Shown piece by piece: positions 37,758 through 45,349 of a stretch of 45,349 nucleotides of DNA. A program made the position numbers and the translations under genes. Position 1 is the first letter of the stretch. Every line of letters begins with the position of its first letter. This DNA is from Octopus bimaculoides (lineage: Eukaryota), in the NCBI RefSeq assembly GCF_001194135.2, contig NC_068983.1, forward strand, positions 111,613,072 to 111,658,420, given 5' to 3'. The notes below the pieces were generated by a model that had not been told where the DNA came from, did not search any database, and saw only the letters and a program-made list of their open reading frames with translations.

Positions 37758-37804
<47 letters not shown>
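37670..37804. repeat. Compound (ACAT)/(TG)/(CA) microsatellite
   Basis: Direct repeats. Confidence 0.9.
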
Positions 37805-37806
<2 letters not shown>

Positions 37807-38312
37807 CTCTCTGTTCTTTCGCCTAATCTGCTAATACTTTTATACTTTTTCTCATTCTAGATAATGAGTCTGCTTTCCATTGTCTATTTTTTAGTGCTTA
37901 ACATTTTCTGCAGCTGAGCTTTGTTCTTTCTCCATACAATCATAGTTCATTACAGCAAATACTATAACTATGTTAAAATTTTACACTGCAAGTAATATGT
38001 TTGTTTTGACATTGATTCTTATATTATATACTCTTTTATTTGTTGTTCTCATTAGAGAGTCATGAGGAAAGAGTACTACTCATGATTTCATGAAGGTTAG
38101 CCCCATTCCAGTAAGGTTCCATGTAAACTGCTCTAGGATGACAAACCTAAAGGAAAGACATGAGCAGGGAGAACATTTCTAGGGTGTAAAAACTGGCTAG
38201 AGTGATGAGTGCAGACATGATGGCAGTTTGGACACAACAATTTAGGTAATGAGAGATGGAAAATTGTTTGGATCATTAGTGCATGAGTAAAAGAATGTTA
38301 ACTACAAGGAAT

Positions 38313-38515
38313 GGAGGAAATTTTTGGAGAGGGTGGGGCAATCGGTTAGATTTACCCCAGTACACAACTGGTATTCAATTTATCAACCCAGAAAGGATGA
38401 AAGGCAAAGTCAACCTCGGTGGAATTTGTACTCAGAATGTAAAGACAGACAAAATACTTCTAAGCATTTCACCAGGCATGCTAACGTTTCTGCCAGCTCG
38501 CCACCTTCATAGAAA
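38313..38515 (-). mobile_element. tRNA-derived SINE with conserved central domain, flanked by 57-bp direct repeats
   Basis: Minus: aaggtggcgagctggcagaaacg...gagtacaaattcc..gttgactttgcctttcatcctttctgggttgataaattgaataccag; repeats at 38256-38312 and 38516-38572. Confidence 0.8.
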
Positions 38516-38729
38516 ATGGAAAATTGTTTGGGTCATCAGTGCATGAGTAAAGGAATACTAACTACAAGGAATAGGGGCCAATATTGAAGCAAAATAAAAT
38601 ACAGAAAAAGGAAAGAGTGTACTTGTAGAACAGGGAGTGAAGTGTGTCCATTTGTGATAGAATTCCAATCTGCTAACTGGTGCTTCATTGGATATAATTC
38701 AGGATAACACACACAAACTCATATGTATA

Positions 38730-38893
38730 TGATAGACTCCTTTCAGTTTTAATCTATCAAATCTACTCACAAAGCTTTGGTTAGTTAAGGGCTATACAAG
38801 AAAATACTTGCTCAAAGTGCCATGTAATGGAACTGAACCCAAAGCCATGTGGTTGGGAAGCAAAGTGCTTACCACTCATTCATGCCTGCGTCC
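38730..38893 (-). mobile_element. tRNA/CORE-like SINE head
   Basis: Homologous to 1481-1640. Confidence 0.75.
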
Positions 38894-38926
38894 ATGTATG
38901 TGTAAGTATCTATATAGGTAGGTAGG

Positions 38927-39478
38927 TAAGTAAAAATGCAGGTAGGTAGGTAAGTAGGTAGGTAGGTAGGTAGGTAAGTAGGTAGGTAGGTAGGTAGGTA
39001 GGTAGGTAAGTAGGNNNNNNNNNNNNNNNNNNNNNNNNNNNNNNNNNNNNNNNNNNNNNNNNNNNNNNNNNNNNNNNNNNNNNNNNNNNNNNNNNNNNNN
39101 NNNNNNNNNNNNNNNNNNNNNNNNNNNNNNNNNNNNNNNNNNNNNNNNNNNNNNNNNNNNNNNNNNNNNNNNNNNNNNNNNNNNNNNNNAGGTAGGTAGG
39201 TAGGTAGGTAGGCGGGCAGGAAGGTAGGTAGGCAGGAAGTTAGATATGTAGGTAGGTAGGTAGGTAGGTAGGTAGGTAGGTAGGTAGGTAGGCAGGTAGG
39301 TAGGTAGGTAGGTTGGCAGGCAGGTAGGTAAGTAGGTAGGTAGGTGAGCAGGAAGGCAGACAGACAGGTAGGTAGGTGGGCAGGAAGGCAGACAGACAGA
39401 CAGACAGGTAGGTAGGCAAGAAGGCAGGTAGGTAGGTAGGTAGGTAGGTGGGCAGGCAGGTAGGCAGGTGGGTAGGTA
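38927..39478. repeat. Long degenerate (AGGT)n/(AGGC)n tract with internal gap
   Basis: Direct tetranucleotide repeat; gap at 39015-39189. Confidence 0.95.
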
Positions 39479-39501
39479 TGAATGTATGCATGCACACATG
39501 T

Positions 39502-39668
39502 AACAGGCTTCTGCACAGTCTCCAACTCTTAATTTCACTCACAAAGTGTTGGCCAGTCTGGAGCTATAGCAGAATACCATGGCTCAAGGTGCCACGCAAG
39601 AGGACTGAACCCAAGGCTATGCAGTTGTGAAAGGAAGTGCTTTACTACACAAATCAGTTTTGTGCCTA
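39502..39668 (-). mobile_element. tRNA/CORE-like SINE head
   Basis: Homologous to 38730-38893 and 1481-1640. Confidence 0.7.
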
Positions 39669-40479
39669 TAGTCATACTTTTATTTCATATTTAGAATTTT
39701 TTTTTTTCACCTACTACATGTTAGTAATATAACTTTCTCAGTTTAAATTATATTCTTTTAAATCATATAATCACTTTTGAACAACACAATATATAACAAC
39801 TCACTACCAGTTTGCTAACAGAATTAGCACATGTGCTATTGGAGGTATTCACTATCTCTATGGTGCTTCACAGCCACAGGTAATAAAATGTGTACATTAA
39901 TCATTAGATATCTCTGGAATACTGTGTTTGCTATCTTCTTTTTGACATCTTCATTTTCACAGATTTGTTAAGCATTTTTTTTCTTTTTGCCTTTTCTTCT
40001 TTAAACCCCAGTATAATGCTACACCTCAAATTTTGATCCTAATTTTTTTTTCTTTAATCAAATTTCTTACGCAATGCATGTGTAAATAAGACAGATGTAG
40101 AGAACTGATAACTTTTTCCAAAGTTATTTAAAGTTTTCATTGTATATAGTAGCAAGTAAATCCATAGTGTATGTAAATTTTCAGCGGTTTTTCAGTTTCA
40201 GACATTATAGAAAAGCTGAAAATCTGAGTCTAACTGGAGAATTTGCATTAAAAGTGGCATTTTTTTCTGTCTAATTCCATCTTTCAATTCCTTTTGAATA
40301 GTAAGACTTTCCATAAGTTCAAGTCATGTTCCAATTTGCATTTACTTTGGTAAGGCATGCATGTATGGTTGTCTTACTCCCCATATTTCACAAGGTATGT
40401 AACTAAGGATAGGAGGTCATTTACAAACATGAAAATAAAAATCCTAACAGGAACCATGTCATATGTCAATCCAGCTGAG

Positions 40480-40526
<47 letters not shown>

Positions 40527-41540
40527 NNNNNNNNNNNNNNNNNNNNNNNNNNNNNNNNNNNNNNNNNNNNNNNNNNNNNNNNNNNNNNNNNNNNNNNNNN
40601 NNNNNNNNNNNNNNNNNNNNNNNNNNNNNNNNNNNNNNNNNNNNNNNNNNNNNNNNNNNNNNNNNNNNNNNNNNNNNNNNNNNNNNNNNNNNNNNNNNNN
40701 NNNNNNNNNNNNNNNNNNNNNNNNNNNNNNNNNNNNNNNNNNNNNNNNNNNNNNNNNNNNNNNNNNNNNNNNNNNNNNNNNNNNNNNNNNNNNNNNNNNN
40801 NNNNNNNNNNNNNNNNNNNNNNNNNNNNNNNNNNNNNNNNNNNNNNNNNNNNNNNNNNNNNNNNNNNNNNNNNNNNNNNNNNNNNNNNNNNNNNNNNNNN
40901 NNNNNNNNNNNNNNNNNNNNNNNNNNNNNNNNNNNNNNNNNNNNNNNNNNNNNNNNNNNNNNNNNNNNNNNNNNNNNNNNNNNNNNNNNNNNNNNNNNNN
41001 NNNNNNNNNNNNNNNNNNNNNNNNNNNNNNNNNNNNNNNNNNNNNNNNNNNNNNNNNNNNNNNNNNNNNNNNNNNNNNNNNNNNNNNNNNNNNNNNNNNN
41101 NNNNNNNNNNNNNNNNNNNNNNNNNNNNNNNNNNNNNNNNNNNNNNNNNNNNNNNNNNNNNNNNNNNNNNNNNNNNNNNNNNNNNNNNNNNNNNNNNNNN
41201 NNNNNNNNNNNNNNNNNNNNNNNNNNNNNNNNNNNNNNNNNNNNNNNNNNNNNNNNNNNNNNNNNNNNNNNNNNNNNNNNNNNNNNNNNNNNNNNNNNNN
41301 NNNNNNNNNNNNNNNNNNNNNNNNNNNNNNNNNNNNNNNNNNNNNNNNNNNNNNNNNNNNNNNNNNNNNNNNNNNNNNNNNNNNNNNNNNNNNNNNNNNN
41401 NNNNNNNNNNNNNNNNNNNNNNNNNNNAAATTTAAAATAATGAGGGTGAAAATTTGAATATTAATTGGATTAATATCAATTTAAAACCAGTGGCCTAGCA
41501 TATTGAAAAATCTGAAGATTCAGAAAAATTATATTACATA

Positions 41541-41634
41541 CATATGAAAGGGATGACCAATAAGTGGACATCCCTTATGCAAGATGTAGACCCCATATGG
41601 TCTGACCACTTAGTGGTCATCCCTCTTTTATGTG
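41541..41634. repeat. Short inverted-repeat element (mini-MITE-like)
   Basis: agggatgaccaataagtgg / ccacttagtggtcatccct arms around a ~38-bp spacer. Confidence 0.55.
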
Positions 41635-41685
<51 letters not shown>

Positions 41686-41749
41686 GTATGTATATATACT
41701 TGGAAATGGATGTGTCACATTCAATTAAATAATAATAATAAATAGTATA

Positions 41750-43068
41750 TAATGTGTACAATTTCTGTCACATTCCATGGAGAAAAACTAGAAGTAGTTG
41801 ATAACTTCTGTTACCTAGGTGACCAAGTCAGTACCGGGGGTGGATGCTCTGAAAGTGTAGCTGCTAGAATAAGAATAGCCTGGGCAAAGTTCAGAGAGCT
41901 CCTATCTCTGCTGGTGATAAAGNNNNNNNNNNAGAATAAGAATAGCCTGGGCAAAGTTCAGAGAGCTCCTATCTCTGCTGGTGATAAAGGGCCTCTCGCT
42001 CCGAGTAAAAGGTAGACTGTATGACACATGTGTACGAACAGCCATGCTACATGGCAGTGAAACATGGGCCATAACTGCTGAGGACATGAGTAAGCTTGCA
42101 AGGGATGAAGCCAGTATGCTCCGCTAGATGTGTAATGTCAACAGAGTGTAAGTGCCTTGAGAGAAAAGTTGGACCTAAGAAGCATCAGATCTGGTGTGCA
42201 AGAGAAACAACTGCGCTGGTATGGTCATGTGGTGTGAATGAATGAGGATAACTGTGTGAAAAAGTGTCACACTGTAGCAGTTGAGGGAATCTGTGGAAGA
42301 GGTAGACCCAGGAAGACCTGGGATGAAGTGGTGAAGTACGACCTTTGAACATTGGGCCTCACCGAAGCAATGACTAGTGGCCAAGACCTTTGGAAATATG
42401 CTGTGCTTGAGAAAACCCGGCAAGCTAAAAATGAGACCATAACCTGTGGCCTATGCCAACAGTGTAACCAGCCTACTTATGCATACAATTTTATCGTAGG
42501 ACACTAAACTTTGCTTGTTAAGACCTGTTGAGGCAAGTAAAATCACAATCAAAATCAAATTCGCTGACATGGCCGATGACAGAACCGCCTGACTGGCATC
42601 TGTGCCAGTAGAATGTTAAAGCACCATCTGAGTGTGATCGTTGCCAGGGCTGCTGACTGGCTCCCATACCAGTAGCACATAAAAAGCACCATTCAACCGT
42701 GATTGTTACCAGTGTCGCCTTACTGGCACTTGTACTGGTGGCACATGACAAACAACATTTAAGTGGGGTCATTGCCAGTGCTGCTGGACTGGCTCTTGTG
42801 CAGGTGGCACATAAAAAACACCATTTAAGTGTGGCCCTCACCAGTACAGCCTGACTGACCCTTGCGCCTGTGGCATGTAAAAGCATCCACTGCACCCTCG
42901 GAGTGGTTGATGTTAGGAAAGGCATCCAGCTGTAGAAACTCTGCCAGATCAGATTGGAGGCTGGTGCAGCCATCTGGCTCGCCAGTCCTCAGTCAAACCA
43001 TCCAACCCATGCCAGCATGGAAAACGGACGTTAAATAATGATGATGATGATAATGATGATATGATGAT
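41750..43068 (+). mobile_element. 5'-truncated RTE LINE: ORF2 C-terminus, tandem-repeat 3' UTR, (ATG)n tail
   Basis: EKLEVVDNFCYLGDQVS..RIRIAWAKFRELL..KGRLYDTCVRTAMLHGSETW..RWYGHV..GRGRPRKTW; UTR repeats ~42580-42890. Confidence 0.92.
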
Positions 43069-43084
43069 GATATATATATATGCA

Positions 43085-43340
43085 TGCATATATGGGTACA
43101 GGACGTCACCAACAGTGCAAATAACATGAAATATATAAACAAATGAGGGGAAAATGTGTGAAATACGAAAGCAAAGAGGAAAATATGGAAAACAAAATCA
43201 GTTAACACTGTGAAAGGACCCTTCATCAGTTGTGGGCAGTCTATCTACTCCTCATATCGAGCCTTCAGTAACAATATGAGTCTTCAAAGACAATTGTACC
43301 CATAAATTCTAAAATAAAATTTAGGATTTATGGAGGCTCA
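43085..43340 (-). mobile_element. Possible decayed Penelope pLTR-like repeat
   Basis: TA-bounded; minus strand has CTGATGA (43223-43229) and a TTGAAGA...GCTCGA motif like the 27525 element; family assignment is inference only. Confidence 0.25.
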
Positions 43341-43574
43341 AAGTTGTGTGTGTGCGTGTGCGCACGCACGTATGTGTGTGTGTGTGTGTGTGTGCGTATG
43401 CATGTGTGTGTGTGTGTGTGTGTGCAGGTTGAATGCTCAGATACAATGCAACATATCAAAAAGGGATAAAAGGACGGGAAAGAAATTAGCAATAAGCCAA
43501 GTAAAAATAGCAACAAAAGCCAAACGTGCATGTACATTATATAGAAGAAAACATAAAACATACATATTGACCAT

Positions 43575-43617
43575 TTATGTGTGTCTGTGTATGTGTGTGT
43601 GTGTGTGTGCATGAATG

Positions 43618-43688
<71 letters not shown>

Positions 43689-43710
43689 GTATATACACAT
43701 ACACACACAT
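43575..43710. repeat. Compound (TG)n/(TA)n microsatellite
   Basis: Direct repeats. Confidence 0.9.
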
Positions 43711-45158
43711 ATTGTTTGATATATCTTTATGTAATACAATCTTCAATATTCTACAGTCGAGCAAAAGTAATATATAATATTCAAGTAAGGATATACATAC
43801 AAATTCCACCAGGATGTACAAATATCAATGTTAAGCCAAATATCAACTTTCTCTGGATATTGTTATGTTGTAATTGCCAACTCAATCCCATCAGTAAAGG
43901 AAAAGAGTTGTTCAACAGCATTTTTTATTTTTGTTAAAGTCTGCAATTCTCATGTAATTAGAAGAAAGGTGGCAAGGCTTGTTGTTTTAGTAAGCCACTG
44001 TTAGTCTTCTGTGTATAAAGTATTATGCATAATTTGTGTGAACATAGAAACTTCTATGTTTGTTTTCCATTAGCTCAATAACAGATCATCGACAACAGTT
44101 AGTCAAATGACAGTGTTACCAATTCACAGCAAATAATAATAATAATGAAATAACCAAAAACTGTATTGAAAACCTACTATAGATAGGCAATAATTTTTTT
44201 CCGCTCTGGAGGAAAAGAGTTGTGTATCCACAGCAGTTTTTTTATTAATTCATCTCCCTTGTCATTGAGACATAGCTATGTCTGGTGGGGAATTAAGTGG
44301 CATCTATTTTAATATATTTGTAATTCCTATTATATATCTCTATATGAATACTATTACATGAATAATTCACACATAGGCATACACATATATTAATAGAAGC
44401 ATTGTATTTTAGTAAATACACAGTAAAACACAAGCTCATATATTTACCTTACAATTTCTTTCTTTAATTTTTTATTAGAAGTTATTTTCAGCAAGGCATC
44501 AATAAAACAGACCTCAAGCAACAACTGAGTATGTTGAGAGTTACAAAAGAAAAGTTAACAACATTTTTCAAAAGAGAAGCTGCTCCAAGTTATTACAAAA
44601 TGATCAACACAAGAATCAAAACAATTAAGATCGTATTTGTCCAGGAAATAAGGAAGAAGAAAGTTCCATAAAATAGATGTTCAAGAAAAGAAACTACTAG
44701 AAAACAAATACTTGTTACGGGAAAGGTCAAAATTAGTAAATTGAACAGAATTAACAGAAAGATAGGTCACTTAATGACTAGTATAAAAAGGAGGTACAAG
44801 AGAAGGATATCAGAGAGGACAAGATGCACTGGAAGTGTTCATAGGATAAGGATAAGGAAGTAATGTTCCAACAACAATGGGAGAAGGATTGAAGTTTAAT
44901 AGCCAAAGCAAGACTAACGATGTTAGAAACTTGTTTTTGAACTTATTCAAGGAGAGATAGAACATGAGCAATGTGATAACAGTATTCTACACAAGGGGGC
45001 ATAAGAGACTGATAAAGATGAAGAATACATTCAAAGGAAAAGAAATTACAAGCACAAGTAGAGGACCAAATTTTGTGGCAGCTGATTTAGAAAGATATAT
45101 ATATGTGTGTATGTGTATATATATATATATATATATGTATACGTATATATATATATAT

Positions 45159-45330
45159 ATCTTTCGAGCGAGTTCATTGCCAGTGCCCCTGGACTGCCTC
45201 ATGTGCAGGCGACACATGAAATGTTTTGAGCGGGTTCGTTGCCAGTGCCCCTGGACTGCCTCATGTGCGGGCGACGCATGAAATCTTTCGAGCGGGATCA
45301 TTGCCGGTGCCCCTAAACTGACTCTTGTGT
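45159..45330 (+). repeat. 62-bp tandem repeat (~2.8 copies) related to RTE 3' UTR units
   Basis: Unit starts at 45159, 45221, 45283; ttgccagtgcc..ggactg motif shared with 42770-42810. Confidence 0.8.
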
Positions 45331-45349
45331 GGGGTTGTTGTTGGATTTT

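Noticed and set aside
39822-39879. 58-bp exon-like segment (ctaacag ... gtaata)
   Set aside because: Weak acceptor and no recognisable translation; such signals are expected by chance in 45 kb.
44480-45085. Purine-rich, coding-like stretch including ORF 44964-45281
   Set aside because: No motif could be identified with confidence; the ORF runs through a microsatellite into a tandem repeat.

Overview
AT-rich, microsatellite-dense eukaryotic DNA with ten N-gaps. The SINE, RTE and microsatellite content suggests a cephalopod (Octopus-type) draft genome; this is inferred from recalled repeat families, not from a search. No host protein-coding gene, rRNA, true tRNA or CRISPR array is supportable. 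The window is a mosaic of decayed transposable elements: several RTE-clade LINE families, tRNA-derived SINEs, Penelope-like (GIY-YIG) fragments, a full-length defective DD41D Tc1/mariner, a truncated DD34D mariner, an internally deleted Helentron (Zn/DUF6570-like, OTU, PIF1 helicase, APE) with a HINE-like terminus, an L1/Tx1-like ORF1 relic and several palindromic MITEs. Three observations stand out. (1) Two short fold-back elements carry minimal type-I hammerhead-ribozyme architecture with variant cores (14963-15000 +, 27525-27560 -). (2) Two copies of one RTE family both have 5' inversions with twin-priming geometry (11490-12525, 13478-14230). (3) A PHD-like finger sits inside an RTE reverse transcriptase, and a 57-bp direct repeat brackets a SINE. 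All alignments were done by eye, and boundaries of old elements are approximate.
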